From Rhizophagus irregularis (taxonomy: Eukaryota): DNA of 64,000 nt. A model generated the notes under the pieces. It ran no database searches, was not told the origin of the DNA, and saw nothing but the letters and a program-made list of their open reading frames with translations. Below are positions 1-15,171 of this stretch, piece by piece (within the stretch, counting starts at the first letter, position 1; every line of letters begins with the position of its first letter). Both the position numbers and the translations under genes were made by a program. Where the stretch lies: assembly GCF_026210795.1 (NCBI RefSeq), contig NC_089431.1, forward strand, positions 2,728,001 through 2,792,000, read 5' to 3'.

Positions 1-99
1 TAACAAACTGTGAAGTTTTTGTATAGACGGAGTACTAGCTATCCCATCTATATTATATGCTACTATGTGCAAGTCTAAATACATCGAATCATTTGTTTC

Positions 100-1131
100 T
101 TAATTATTTAGATTCTTCTTAGTAAATCTTAATCTCTGTCTTGCTAAGAATACATTAACGTTTTCTTCATTTGTCAAAGATTTGACTATTTCCTCTAAAT
201 TGTCTGGATCTTTTTGGAAATCTCCCTTTTCATACGTTAATTCAGTTGTTTCTGAGTTCGTCTTATGTTTGTTCTGTGTTTGTTGTAATTGTTCATTACT
301 CGCGTGTTGTATGGAGGATGACGCATTGTTGTTCTGATTATTTTTGAGAAGAATGCTCGGAACTTGACTATACTTGTGTCTGAAATTATTTTAGTATTAC
401 GGAAATACGTAATTACGTAATTCTGTAATTATTAAGTAATTCATTAAAAAAACTCCGTATTCCGTAATTGATTTCAGACTCTGTAATTAATTTCGTATTA
501 CGAAAATATTTGGCCAGACTTAATTTTGGCCGATTTATATATATAAACTTTAACAAATAATAACTCGGCACCCAGTGATCCATTTTGGATGATCTTACTA
601 CCATTTGATTCGTCTTGATAAGACAATTCTAATGGTAGTAAGATCATTTAAATCCAATCACTAGATCGCGATCCGATACCAATAACTTTTAAATATTTAT
701 AGCGTAATAGCTCTGCCAATTTCAATGCTAGAAAGATGATCTTACCGCCATTAGAATCGTCTCGTCATGACAAATCGAATGGTGGTAAATTCATTCAAAT
801 CTAATCACTGGATCGTACTCCGACACCAAAATTCATTAAATGTTTATAGTAATTTTACTCCATTAATATCGGTGCTATAGAAATGAAACACATATCATTA
901 GATTCGTCTCGATGAGACGAATAGAATGGTAGTAAGATCATCGAAATCTGATTACTAGATCCCGAGATATTCGCAATTTCGCACTATTATGCAAATTTCA
1001 GAATTTCGGAATACGTAATTAATTACGATTTCGTAATTTCAGATTTTGGATTTGCCAATTGAATCTCGGAAACAACTATAAACTTGACATTGTTTCAGCC
1101 TTTTTCCGTGTGTAACTCTATTGTTGATCAT
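100..1131 (-). pseudogene. ORF interrupted by a MITE insertion; product unknown
   Basis: Removing 369-1080 and one TSD copy gives a continuous frame MINNRVTHGKRLKQCQ|VPSILLKNNQNNNASSSIQ...RLRFTKKNLNN*. Confidence 0.5.
369..1080. mobile_element. Non-autonomous TIR element, hAT-type (8-bp TSD), carrying a 147-bp palindromic repeat array
   Basis: TSD aacttgac at 361-368 and 1081-1088. Imperfect TIR tatacttgtgtctga vs tatagttgtttccga (reverse complement of the right end). Subterminal ttacg/cgtaa repeats. Confidence 0.8.
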
Positions 1132-1289
1132 CTTGTGTAACCTTCGCTCTTGTTTTTTATTTAGGCCAGCTAAAGAAAAAACTGTTGTATTCAATCTCGA
1201 CAAAATAATATTATAATGATATTATATTGGTCACAATATATTATATTAATAATATATATATATTATAATACAATTAATTTGCTATTTAA

Positions 1290-1785
1290 TAATTAAATTT
1301 GCATAAACTTTTTTTTATTTGTAACCCTCTTTATATTTTATAAAACAAAAAAAAAATCATTAAAATTAAACTGCTAAATAGTAAATTAATTGCAAAAAAA
1401 CCTCTTAATAAATAAATTACTATATATTATATATATATAATATAATTATTTTATTATCCAATAATCCAATTTGCATAAACTTTTTTTGTTTTGTAACCCT
1501 TTTTATACTTTATAAAACAAAAAAAAAATTTATTAAAATTGGATTTTTAAATAGTATGATAATTATAAAAAAAGTTTCTTAATAAATAAATTACTATATA
1601 TTATATATACTATATAATACAATTATTTTATTATCCAATAATCCAATTTGCATAAACTTTTTTTGTTTTGTAACCCTTTTTATACTTTATAAAACAAAAA
1701 ACAAAAAAAAAATTTATTAAAATTGGATTTTTAAATAGTAAGGTAATTATAAAAAAAGTTTCTTAATAAATAAATTATATATTAC
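1290..1785. repeat. Three tandem ~175-bp AT-rich units
   Basis: aatttgcataaacttttttt..ttgtaaccct recurs near 1296, 1468 and 1645. Confidence 0.8.
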
Positions 1786-2791
1786 TTACTATAAAAGATA
1801 TATTATTACTATAAAAGGTATATTGTAATACTTGCAGGATTTAATCTCTACTAAATTACATAATTTCTGGTATACCTTAATAATATACGAATGTCTTCAT
1901 CACAATATATTTTAAGGAATGCTAATATTAATTATTTATAAAATTTATTACCAATACATATTTTGCTGATTTTAATACATCTCACATTGCACTCTCAATT
2001 TTCTATGCATTTATACTGCTTTACATTTGATGTATAATAGCATTGCTTTCATCAAAAATAGTTATAAATAAACAGGCTGTAAACTTGATATGAAAAGATT
2101 TTTAACCTATACTATAATAATATTCCACTTATTTATAAATAAGTCTTTTTGCATATTTTGTAGTTGTAAATTTGAAAGCCAGATATTTTTAACTTATCAA
2201 GTTTTGCTTTTAATTTATTATTAAGAGATTTTCTGTAAGAGATCCAGATAAAATATAGTAAAAAAGAAATATTATACATCTTATTTTTCAATGCCATAAT
2301 AACCTTTCTTAATATAGTAGTTTTCTATGTTGCTGGAAAAAAACAAGTAAGCATTGTCATTTTTTCAATACTTAAGAAATTAAAATATATTTCAAAAGCA
2401 TTTCTTAATTTTTTTACATTAAGCTTTTTCTGGCAACTTCATAAAAAGATAGTAGTTAAATTATTTCTCAATACTTAAGAAATTGAAATATGCTTCAAGA
2501 GTATTTCTTAATTTTTCTACATTAATAGCTTTTTCTGGCAATTTCATAAAAGGGTAGTAGTTAGATTATATGGTGATAAAAATGATGAATAATAGAAAAG
2601 ATTAAAAGGAATAGCTAAAGCATAAAATAGATACCCAATACAGGAAAATATATAGGTTGTATAGTAATATCTAAATTATATTATTTAGATTATATAGTAG
2701 TAATTAGATTATAAAAAAGTATTCAGATTATATAGTGATAGGTAAATTATATAGTGGCAATTAAATTATTGCAATAATATAATTTAAAATA

Positions 2792-4442
2792 AGTGGAATA
2801 CTACCATATAATATAATTATATTATCCCTTAGAGTGTTTTGTGCCTAAATAATTTGCACATAATTTTTAAAAATAATGTTTAATTATTAAAAAAAATAAA
2901 CTTATTAATAATTGAGGTAGTACAAATTTTTTTTATGTTAAAACTTAAAATCATATTTAATTAATAAAAATAATTTGAAAATTGACATTTTAAATATACT
3001 TTTTACTATTAAGTAAAGTTGTAGAGAAGATGAAATTACATGTAATATATAATCTTTACAGCTTTATAATAAGTACACGCCTAGTTTAATTTTAGAAATC
3101 TTAAAAAAAAATACATAATTTAGAAATTTTAATATGAAAAATATTTGTTAAAAAAGAAATAACATTTTTCCAATAAAATTACTGATATTTTCTAAGTAAA
3201 ATAAAAAAAAACAGTAGGTTATTTGGTGTAATTTATCGTATATAACAGTTTAAAAATAAAATATAAAAAATAATACTAAAATTTTATTATGTAAAAATAT
3301 CCAATTATTTTATTATCCAGTGATCATAAAAGATTGTACAATAGTTCATTAGATTCATCTTATAAAGGCGCATCCAATGGTACTAGTTATATATCTATAA
3401 CATTAATATATAACAAGTAATAGTAGTTTAAAGATTTATGAATTTTTATTGATAATTTACTATTTGTTGATGTTAGAGACATAAAAATACTGTTATTTGA
3501 TTCATGATGTGATAAATCTAAAAACTTTAATTAATTTTTATTATTACTTAATGGCAAGTAATTATTATTTATGGTTTTTTAAAGTTTTAGGCAAATTTGC
3601 TACACAATTTTTTTTTAATAATTTAATTGTTAGCAACTTTTTATCTATATGTAAAGCCTAAATAGGCCTTTTAAACCTTTTTTTTTAAGCTTAATTAAAG
3701 TTGTAGAACAAGGTGAAATACGTAATATATGTAAATTTCAGACTTCTACTAAGATATATAAATGAGAAATGTGATGTGATTAACTCTGTAAAATTTTATG
3801 AATTTTGCTAATTTTTATAAATACAAAAATTCATCTATAAGACAACTATTCCAAAAAATGATTTATATGAAAAAATAATATTTTTAATATAAATTTTATA
3901 ATGTTTTCTATGCAAAAATAAAAAAAAATCTAGGTTAATTATTGAAATTTCGCATATATAATTAATTAAACAATGTTAAAAATTATGTGCAAATTTGCAT
4001 GCAATTTTTTTTTAATAATTTAACTGTTAGCAACTTTTTGTCTATATGTAAAGCCTAAATTGGCCTTCTAAACCTTTTTTTTTAAGCTTAATAAATATTG
4101 TAGAGCAAGATGAAATATGTAACATATGTAAATTTCAGACTTCTAGGATATATAGATAGATGAGAAATGCGATGCGATTAACTCTGTAAAATTTTATAAA
4201 TTTTGCCAATTTTTACAAATGCAAAAATTCATCTATAAGGCAACTATACAAAAAAATGATTTAAATAATAAAATAATATTTTTAACATAATATTCATGAT
4301 GTTTTCTATGCAAAAATAAAAAAAATTCTAAGTTATTTATTGCAATTTCACGTATATAATTAATTAAACAATGTTAAAAATTGCATGCAAATTTGCATGC
4401 AATTTTCTTATTATTTAAGGGATATAGTAGTAGTATTCCACT
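2792..4442. mobile_element. TIR-bounded non-autonomous element with internal ~400-bp repeats
   Basis: 13-bp perfect inverted ends agtggaatactac / gtagtattccact plus inner atccctta / taagggat. Near-identical ~400-bp units start at ~3595 and ~3992, with a diverged copy at ~2851. Confidence 0.65.
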
Positions 4443-7400
4443 ATTATTTATTAATAAAATTAATTTGAAAATTTTTAAAAAATTTTAAAGGCTTATTCAT
4501 TTCAATTTTTTTTTTTATTGAAATTTTTTTTATTTAAGAAATTTAAAGATTATTTACCCCATTTTTTTTTTTAAAGAATTTTATTTAAAATAATTTTTTA
4601 ATAAAAATAATAATATATATTATTATATGATATCAATTTAATATAAATAATACTTTAATTTGATGTATTATGAATTTTTTTTTGTTTTTTTAATAAAGTT
4701 TTAAATATGCTGCAGCAAAAAAAAAAAAAAAAAAAATACTTTAATTTGAATAAAATTTATCTTTTAAATTAAATAAATAATTTAATTTGAAATAAAAATT
4801 TTAATTAATAAAAATCCAGATAAAAAAAAAATTTTAGCTTTACTATTATTATATGTATAATATATTTTTTTTTTATTATTATACTCAAAGGGAATAATAT
4901 TCCTGATTATTTAAAGGCTATTAAAATAGTAAACTATTAAATTATTAAAGCTTAATTATTTGGTTTTGAAAATATTTTAAATTATTCAAAAATTTAATGA
5001 TTTGAATAAATCTAATAAATTATAAGCTGATTCAATAGTTTACAAACTGATTTTACTTTTACAACGATAAGATATAATAAACATTATATCTTTTATCAGT
5101 TTTATGTTAACTTTTTTGGCCAGAATTATAGCATTAATTTAATGTTCCGAAATTATATATATATATGTGGATTGGCAAATTTTCAAGTGTATTTGGTAAA
5201 TATAAAAAAAGGCTAAGTATGAAATATTTTTCATATGATTATGTGAAATGGAAGTACGCTGTTATCTTTACAAATATTACAATTATCACTACCAAATGAA
5301 GGGTCTTATAACTAAATAGTAATTTTCAGGGTAAAATTAAATACATATTAATGATGTCATCATTCCGACATAACACCGGGTATAGTAAATACTTTATTCC
5401 TAATTAATGCTAAAGGATATGCTTTAGTTATTAATAATTATTGTTTTATTTTTCTTTTACCTATCATCATTTGAAACTAATAAATAATGAAAATTACAAT
5501 TCAACCAATTTGAGTTATCAAAATTTATCATTTGTATTTTGTAGTATCATCCATGTATTGTCTACAGACAAGTTAAAGCTGATCATTAAGGAGTTAAAGC
5601 TACTACCGTTAACGATGACGTATATTTTGATTGATCAATATTATAGAAGCCTAAAAATCTAACCTAAATTATTCTCTGGAAGGAGGTATGAGCAAATCAA
5701 TTTCACGAATTAAAGATGTCAACCGCATTGTGTCAGGTGTCTTGAGAACAAATCACTAACTAGTTCCGTAGCTATAAATGAATAAGTTTCTAGAATTCGT
5801 GACTAAATTTGTTATTAACAACGGCATTTTAGACCAATAATCCTCAGAGTGCAGAAAATATTGTCCTTCCAAACATTCCAAGAGAAAAAAGTCATATAAA
5901 CAATAAATGCCATGACATGGACTACGGTCACTGAACACGAAGAACAAATTAAGATGTATAACAGTAGAAGTGTAAAATTGATCGGCCACAACAAATATTT
6001 ATAATATGAAACTATTTACCTGCAATTTAATCATATGTGTCGTACCGGTTTACGGATTCCGTCGCTCTAATAATGCGGTTTTCGTTCCGCCACCGGTAGA
6101 AGCCGGAGTGAAATATTTATTGCTCCGGGGAGTTACAAAAAAAAAAATTTGGACTATAAATCTGTAAACCTCCAATACCTCATGATCAATCTGTGCGACA
6201 TTATCATAACGCCAGCAATAAATCACAGCGCCAACAATAAAGATGTAAAGATATGAAAGATATGAGTCATAGATTACTCAAAAACCATGGTATTCCAATA
6301 ATGCATATTGAGATATTACCTAATTTTAATATAACTAACTCAGAATGGGATAGATTGGACCATTAGTAAATTTGAATTATGAATTAGGTGTAGATTCTCT
6401 TTTCATACTAATTCAATAATCAGTTAAAATGAAAAACAATGAGAGGCACGTACAGTAATACCTTACTTCATGTTTGATGAATTCTAATTCTATAAAGCGA
6501 AAGTAATTCGTCTAACAATTCCCCAATTGTTAAGAGAACGAACTTTATATGAATTAAAATAAATTCTGAAATTCTGATTAGTTCGTTGATTATTATGTAA
6601 CTTCAATAATGAATAGGTTGATCAGTTATAACATATTTAGAGATTTTTTTTATACCGTAGAATCTTGGAATCTGTAAATAAAAATATCATCGGCCCTAAC
6701 CGAGTTATTTTTAATTTCATATCGTTATTTCAAAACCGGATCAATGTTCTTTCCTAAATTCACTCATTGAATTATAGATGCAACATACAACCGAATGAAG
6801 TAAATCATCTTTATATTATAGGTTTATACAGTATATTGATTTCAATAATGAAATTCTACTCTTCTTTACTATATAAAATCGATTATTGAGAAACCAATTA
6901 AAATTTCACTTATTAAGCATAGACATAGCATAGACATAAAAAAAAAAAATTTTTTTTTCTGATACACTTTTTACAACATTTTATCATTTTAGGCATATTA
7001 AATAACCATTTCAAACGGACATTGGATTACGGCGGATGATCCAAATGTAAACCTTATACGGGCCGTTTCGGTTAAATAGCGGATGAACGATTATTATAAA
7101 TTGTATATTATAAAATTTGATATTAATTGATTTAATTGATTTAATTGTTTTTAATTGTTTTTTTTTCTTAACATAATAATTTAAAAGATCAACATAAGAA
7201 AGGCAACAACAACAACAATAATAATAACTTGAGCACTTGAAAATGTGATAATGAACTTTTTTTGACCGTTGAAAAACTATAATTAGGATAATAATAATAT
7301 TATTGAACTTTTTTTAGAGAGAGTCGGATAAAATAAAACGCTTTAACCCCTGAAAAAAAAAAAAGAAGAAAAAAGAATATTTTTTTTTTTTTTGTGATAC

Positions 7401-8370
7401 AATACATATATTATTCATGATATAAGTAATTTAAATATTACCAAAATTAGTTAATACTATAAATAGAATAGCTGGACGACTGCTCCCTACTATCCATTGA
7501 ACCTAAATTGTTGATTAAATTAGTAAAAGCATTATAAGTTTTGAAGCATTAATAAATAATTTGTTGTTTATCATTACGTGAAATTTTTTAGAATTGCGCC
7601 TGTTCGTTTAACACTTTTAGGACGGTAATTTGTTGTATATTGATATTATTAATATTGTACATGAAACACAAGTAAAAAGAAAAAGAAAAAAAAAAAAAAA
7701 ATACCAAGAAAAAATTAATTACCATTTAAAACGAAACGGGAAGAACAAAGAAAAATAATAAGAGAATTATTTTTAAATTGTTTTAAAGAATTATTAAATT
7801 ATTTATTAGTATTATAAATAAAACGAAAAAAAAAATATAAAAAATTTCGTACATCAAGTGAAACACCTGGATTAAAAAAGATGATAATAATACCTAAACG
7901 AGGGTTGACTATCCCCGTACATGAAAATTTTTATCTAATTGGGTAAGTAATTCGTCACTTGTTTCTTCTGTCAAAAAGCCCATGTCCGAAATCCGTAATT
8001 TTATTTTTTTTTACTAACAACATTGTTTTGATTTTTGTTTTGATTTACCATTGCATGATTATAGTCATTTAGGAGTTTAGTTTAGGGTCCTGAGAATAAT
8101 TAATAAGATAGGCAACGAATTTTGTTGAATTAGGATAAATTAACTGACAATCAATAATAATAATATATGTATGCTTAGCCACTTTAAATTAGGCGTTTAT
8201 TCTATAATATTCTATAACGTAAATGAAAAATATTAAACGCATATATTTATTTTTTTTTGAAGATTGTGAACGAAATTAGAATCAACATAATTATTTATAT
8301 ACCCAAAATAGAATATATGGTCACGATGAAAAATCTTATTGTCCGTTTTTTTTTTTTTACTTTTTTTTTT

Positions 8371-8550
8371 TTATAAATATAAAATAAAAAAATTTTTTTT
8401 TTATAAATATAAAATAAAAAAATTTTTTTTTTATAAATATAAAATAAAAAAATTTTTTTTTTATAAATATAAAATAAAAAAATTTTTTTTTTATAAATAT
8501 AAAATAAAAAAATTTTTTTTTTATAAATATAAAATAAAAAAAATTTTTTT
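8371..8550. repeat. 30-bp minisatellite, six copies
   Basis: ttataaatataaaataaaaaaatttttttt repeated head to tail. It generates the spurious ORFs 8295-8621 and 8339-8695. Confidence 0.95.
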
Positions 8551-8802
8551 TTTTTTTTCCTTACAAATATATCCCTCGAAAAACAAAAAAAAAATGTCAC
8601 GACATTGTAATGTGACCACAAGAAAAAAAAAAAATAGTCCGATAAAAAAAAAACTTTTAAATAGGATAGCTTTTTTTAAAAAAAATTTGAAATAAAAATT
8701 TATGATACTTTTCGACTTTTTTTTTTTTTTTATTTTAATAATAAAAAAGCACCTTATTAATTATTATTACATATGTTGTCGGTGGTGATATAATAATTAA
8801 TA

Positions 8803-9753
8803 ATGGATGCTAAATTAAATCAACTTTATAATAAACGACATTCACATTCTTCACATACTTCCACAGTAGTTATATATACCTTACTGACTTTACATCCGAC
8901 ATCATCTTTAATAACAGAAACATTTTCACCGACAAATGTTATTACAACAATGATTTCTGCGGGTTTGTATTAAATAATAATAATAAATGATTTTTTTGTA
9001 CAAGGAATAAAAAATTTATTCTTTTTTATTCCAATATTAAATTCTTTTTTAGGACCACAAATACCAACAACATCATTACTACCAACAACAATATCATCAA
9101 CAATACCAACAATAACTCCTACGAATACAAATAATACACCTTCAACAAATCCAACGGGAGGAAATTCATCCTCTCCAATAATACAAGAAAGTGATCGTAT
9201 TCCTATAATAATAGTGATTTCCACTTTTGTTATTCTTTTACTATTGTCTCTCTTACTTGTTTATGTACGTAAAAAACGTAAGGAATCTCAACAAAAAGCT
9301 TTGGCATCTGCAATAGTAGCTGCAGAAGCAGGAGAATTACCTACTAGGCCTAGGACTATATTACGAGATTCACCTTCCCCACCTCCCCCTCCTCCCCCTC
9401 CTCCTCCAACTCCAACTCCTCTTCCACATGCATTATTAAATGATGATGATATACCACCACCACCACGATATAAAATATCTACATTACAAATAGAACCAAT
9501 GACAAGACGTTTAACCATGAATTTAAGTCAAAAAGGTAAAAGTATAATAGTAAATGAGGACAGGAGACCAAATCAAATTCGAAGATGGAGCGAAACAACA
9601 GATGGAGAGACAAAAATTGAGGAAGAATGTCAGGAAGTTATTAATGTTACAAGTTTAAAGGATGATGATGATGATAGTAGTATTGGAGAAGGTGATAGTA
9701 AAGGAAAAAGTTTTTCTAGACGATTTTCAGCTAGAAAAAGTTTTTGGAAATGA
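8803..9753 (+). CDS. Single-pass membrane protein: S/T/P-rich N-terminus, proline-rich cytoplasmic tail with PPxY
   Basis: Exon 8803-8962, GT-AG intron 8963-9052, exon 9053-9753 in frame. TM IPIIIVISTFVILLLLSLLLVYV is followed by RKKRK, then a polyproline run and PPPPRY. Confidence 0.85.
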
Positions 9754-12700
9754 TAAAACAATTTTTTTGGACAATTTTTTTTTATTGTAATGTAGATTTT
9801 TTTATTTTTTATTTTATTTTTATTTTTTACTGTACAAAATTCAAAAATGGACAATTTTTTTTTTTAAAAAAAAAAAAAAAAGAGGAAAAAACTTTTCAAG
9901 TTTTTTTTTTTTTTCTTTTTTTTTTATTGTAAATATAAACCAAGATTAAAGACATTAGTTATTATATACACACAAATATTTTTTTTCAAAGTGCATTCAT
10001 CCACAAATAATGAATTCATTAGATTGATATTCTTTATTTTTTAATCCTATTAATCCTATTTCTATTTTTTTTTACATTCTTTTTTTCATTAGCACTAATA
10101 ATTTTATTTTATTATTCATGTGTATAATTTTTTTTTTTTCAAATTTTGTATATAATAATTAATTTTTCTTTAAAAAAAAAATTTCAATGTAATAAATTTT
10201 GCTGCGCATTTAATGAACCCTCTTTTTTTTATCATTTTTGCATTTGTTTAATTACTTTTGTTCGTAATTTCTTTTAAATTATTTATTTATTTCGTAAAAA
10301 TTTAGAGAACAATATTTAAAAAACAATCAATTTTATTATCACACAATCAATTCGAAAATTTTTTTTTTTAGATTTTTCACGCGTTCAACACTTTTTTTTA
10401 CGATAATTTATCTGCTGCTGTTACGTAAGATCATTGTTCTTAATTCTTTAATTTTGTTATACAAATGCAAACAAAACTCAAATTTATTAAAGAAATAACA
10501 TTGTCTTGCATACTTGTTTTCCCTTAACGTTATCGATTTGAACAATGTATTGAATGAGCCTTTTTAACATGTTTGGGAAAAAGTTCTTTTTTTAACGGAA
10601 AAAAAAAAAATAAATAATAATAATTAATATAAAAATGGATTTTTTCGGTATCTTTCAATTAAATATTAAAATAGAAATCTAAGTAAAGAAAAGTATTCTG
10701 TATTCTGCGTATGCAACTATGCGGAAAACTATAACACTACATTAATGTGTATATTTTTAAAGTTTTCGAGTCTTTTCTTTAAAAGGTTCTCTTGATTTCC
10801 CAAACTGGTTAAAAAAAGAATTTTGATCCGCGGAGAGGATCCACGGGTTAATAATATTATAAAAGAAGGAAGATTCCAATTATAGATTCAAACTTAAGTT
10901 ATTTCCCGCCTTTTTTTTTTTTTTATTAAAAAAAAATGCTCTAGCCGGCATCGTTTCTTATTAGTTTACATGTGTGAAAAAAAAAAAATTTTTTCACACG
11001 AATCAAAAAAAAGGAACTTTTGAAATAAAAAAATGACTCACACATTTTTAATATTACATATATTTACATATTTATTTCGCTTTAGACCGAAATCAACCGA
11101 TATCTCCCATTCATTTTTCCTTAATGATGACTTAACCTAAACTTTAAAAAATTGTTTTTTTTGATCGTCGGTTATATTTATATTATTAATTAAATTATAA
11201 TATATTTTTTATTAATTCCGAATGAAAAATGTATAGTAAAAAAAAAAATTTATTAGTAAATAAATTATTTTTATTTATTTATTTTTATTTATTATTTATT
11301 TATTTTTTCCTTTTTTCCCTTTAGGAATATATAAATATATATAAATAAATATAAATATATATATGTATATATATATATTATATATATATATTATATATAT
11401 ATAAAATAAAAAAAAAATAAAAAAAAATAATATTAAACTTATTATAGGTATAATTGACAAGTTGAAAGTATTATTCTTGTTTATTAAAAAAAGGAATAAA
11501 CTTGATCTAAAATTCCTGATAATTTTTTTTAGTATGTAACGAAAAAAGAAATTATGAAGAAAAAAACTTGATTTGTTCATTTTTTTCATAAAGATTTGAT
11601 CATATGTGTTAATAAAAAAAATACCTGTTTAAAATCTTGATTTAATTTTAGCGCCTTTTTTTTCAAAAAAAAAAAAAAAATCTTTGTTGAACTTCTATTC
11701 TTCCATTATTAATTAATCTTAGACAATCATACTTTGTTTGTCAAATGTTATTTATCCGGATTTACATAATACAATACATTCGGCACTAGTTCAAAAGTTC
11801 TAATATAATAAAGAAAAAAATAAAAAGCCAAATACTTTTTGGTAATGAATTAACGAAAAAGGATTTTCATGGAAGTAAAGTGGCTTGGTAAAAATAAATT
11901 CGATTTTAATCAAAGAAAGTTATTTACACTTTGTTGGTTTATATTATTTTCTTTTTTTTTTCTGATCCACTTTATCTACTAAATCAAAATAAATTCAATG
12001 AATCAAATGATTTAAGCCCCTTTGTCCCTTTGTCCCTGAACTAAAAAAGTTCAATGGTCAAAGCTTTTTTGATTTTTGCATTCTTACATTCATTCTTACG
12101 TCATCCCCAAACTTGATACGTGAGTACCGTAGGGGTAACCGCTGCATTACTGCGCCACACTTGTCTAAATGGAAATTGATTATATTGATTACTATACCAT
12201 TTATATATTTATGCATTTATACGAAATATTATAGAATCTCTTTTTAATTTGAATTATTACGGTATAATTCGATATTTTTTTTTGAATATATTAAAATTGT
12301 ATTGTTGCTTAATAATAAGATTTTTTATCAAGGAGAGAGATATCTTTATAAAAATTCCATCTATGTACAGTAAATATCCCGAAAACCGACATTAATAATA
12401 ATAATAATAAAATAAAAATAATATAAAAAAAAAATAAAATGAAATAAAAAAATTTAATTAATAATAAAATTTAGAAAATTTTCAGGGAATTCCGAAAAAA
12501 TTTTACTTTTTCTCCGTTTATTCCGCGTAAATTTTATACCATTTTTTTTTTTTCAATCCAATTAATTTTCAACATACGGAAAAAGTAAATAGTTTGAAGT
12601 TTGATGCAAGTTTTAAAATTACAATAAGTAGGTTTATAGTTTTACCCATACTGTATACTTTAAGATAAATAACATTATTAATTTTATTAATTGAAACATT

Positions 12701-15171
12701 TCATAAACATATATATCATATTATATCATATATAAATGTATATATTTATACATAAAACTAGAACTATATATATCTATATAACGTCAAATTACGTCTATCA
12801 AAAGTATGTTACGTACTTGTACGTATTGCCCCCAGTTATCTCCGACTTTATACCAAAAATAATATTATCGATCACAAGGGTACAGGTACAAAAACAACGT
12901 GATTTCATTAAATTGATCTATGCTACCTAAAAAAGGCTGATTTTTTTGCATGAAAATATTTTGCACCAATCATAATCCTCTTTTAAATGTAACACTAATT
13001 ATTATATATGTAACATTTTTCGATAATTATAATTTCTAAAAGAAACAATGCAATGTTTAACGATGAAAAAAATAGGAACATAAAAAAACTTTAAAATTAT
13101 CTCTTTGTATTTTTATTGGTTTAAAATTGGTATTCTTGGAGATTCCTACCGAAAAGAAATCCCTTAATAATTATTTATTGGGCGCGCTTTTTTGCCAAAA
13201 TATTTTTCGTGGCTTAAGAAATCTTGTTTTTAATAAGGGAGATTAACTGATAATGATTAACAAAAAGATAATGAATGATATCAAAGTATAACATATTCGG
13301 GTTTCAAAAAAATTATTTATTTTTATTAAATGTTTTATACTAAAAAGATAATATCGTAAATAAAATGAATAACAGATAATTTTTTTTAAAAAAAAAAAAA
13401 TATTAAAAAAACTTCATCTCACAGATTTTTATTGACCATTGTTATGAAGGAAAGTAAATGCATAGTATATATATCAACTAATAAGTTATAAAAGTTCAAT
13501 TGTGTTTCGTTCCAAATTTTTTTTTTTTTTTAATTTAAAAAACCGGTTATATACAGGATATAAAAAAATAAATATACATACAGCATATACACATAACAGA
13601 TGTGTATACTGTATAGAGTATATACTGCGCATTATATATTATTATAGAAAGTAAAAAATACGCCATATACGGAACAACATTTGGCCTTTCATCTCTTTAT
13701 CAAAATGTAAAATGTAAAATGTAAATACTTTACTTTTAAATCATTCTTAATATGTTTAATATGTTAATATAATTTCGCTTAGATAAAATGGTAAATCTAG
13801 AATCTTCAAATTATAAATTATCATATGATTAATTTTAAAGTTCCTTAGTTCCTTCATAGATAACATGAAACAATTACAAACAACAAACAAGTATTATAAT
13901 ATATAACATTATTGTGTAATAATTAACAAATATTTTATTAACAAAGTTTGATTCAGAACTAATTGGTAACGTATTGCGATAATTTACCTGTAACACAATC
14001 AATTTTGATGGTCACTACAGAACGAAGGTTAATCTTTATTTTCATTGGATATTCTATTATACTGTACATGAATGATTTGTTATTGAAGAGAGTTTTTTAA
14101 GGTATAATTTAAAGAGACAATAAGTAATAAAATTTCATAACAATTATATATATCAATATTATCAATATCATTATATGCTATTAATAATCATGGATCATAA
14201 CATAAATGATAACATAAACGACCTTTGAAATAAAATAACTGGTTAAAACATCAATTTATTTTTACTTCATATATTTATTTACCTTACACATAATGTACAT
14301 AATAATTTATAAAACCGAAGGAAATTTCTCGTACTCGCAAAATAAAAAAAAAAGGATTAGTTAAAAATTTTGTATATATAAACTACTAATAACAAAGAAA
14401 ATTTATTTTTATAACGAACTTTTTTTTTTGTTTTATTTTTTTTTCAAACTCGATTTTTTGTATATACTGTATGTTTACTATTATTTTATTATTATACATT
14501 GAATCGTATTCAGTCTTTCTTTCTTTAAAGTTATCCTTATTCCCGAAAATCAATTTTCAAGTATCACGCAACGAAAAATAACGTTTTTTAACGTTTACAA
14601 ATAAAACATTACCGTTTAAAAAATATATTAATGAATAATTTGAAACAAAAAATTATTTTTTTGTTTTATTATTATTTTTATTGACGACATAACTTTTATT
14701 AATTAATTTTTTTTTTTTTTTTAGTTCACGTTTTTCGCTTTTTACCCTTTTTCTTTTTCGAGCCCTTTTTCTTTTGCGAAAAAAAAAAAGAAAAAAAAAT
14801 TAGTCGACCCTTTTCTTTAATTAAAACTTGACGTTTCTTCTTCTTCTTCTTCTTCTTCTTGTCAAGTTTATTACGATCATTGAGTGATTGTTAAGTTTTC
14901 CTTCTCTTTCACTTTCTTTTCTTTTATATTTTTTTCTTGTTATATTTTTTTTTATATAATATATATATATATATTTTTTTCATGTTAATAACCACCAACT
15001 TTTATTGTCGTATATTATAATTTTCTATTTTTTTGTAATTTAAAAAAAAAAAAAAAAAAATATTTGTAAATAAGTATATAATTATTTTTTTATTATTTTT
15101 ATTATTTAACGAGTTCATAACGAATTGAAAAAAAAAAAATTCTTTTTCGTGTCAAATACGCATTAATTATA

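Noticed and set aside
5640..5990. Coding-like tract and an aggagg-ATG motif
   Set aside because: The plus frame is under 30 codons; the minus frame is broken and I could not assign a family.
8295..8695. 108-aa and 118-aa ORFs
   Set aside because: Translations of the 30-bp minisatellite.
12105..12166. tRNA-like gtggcgcagt A-box on the minus strand
   Set aside because: No convincing cloverleaf or T-loop.
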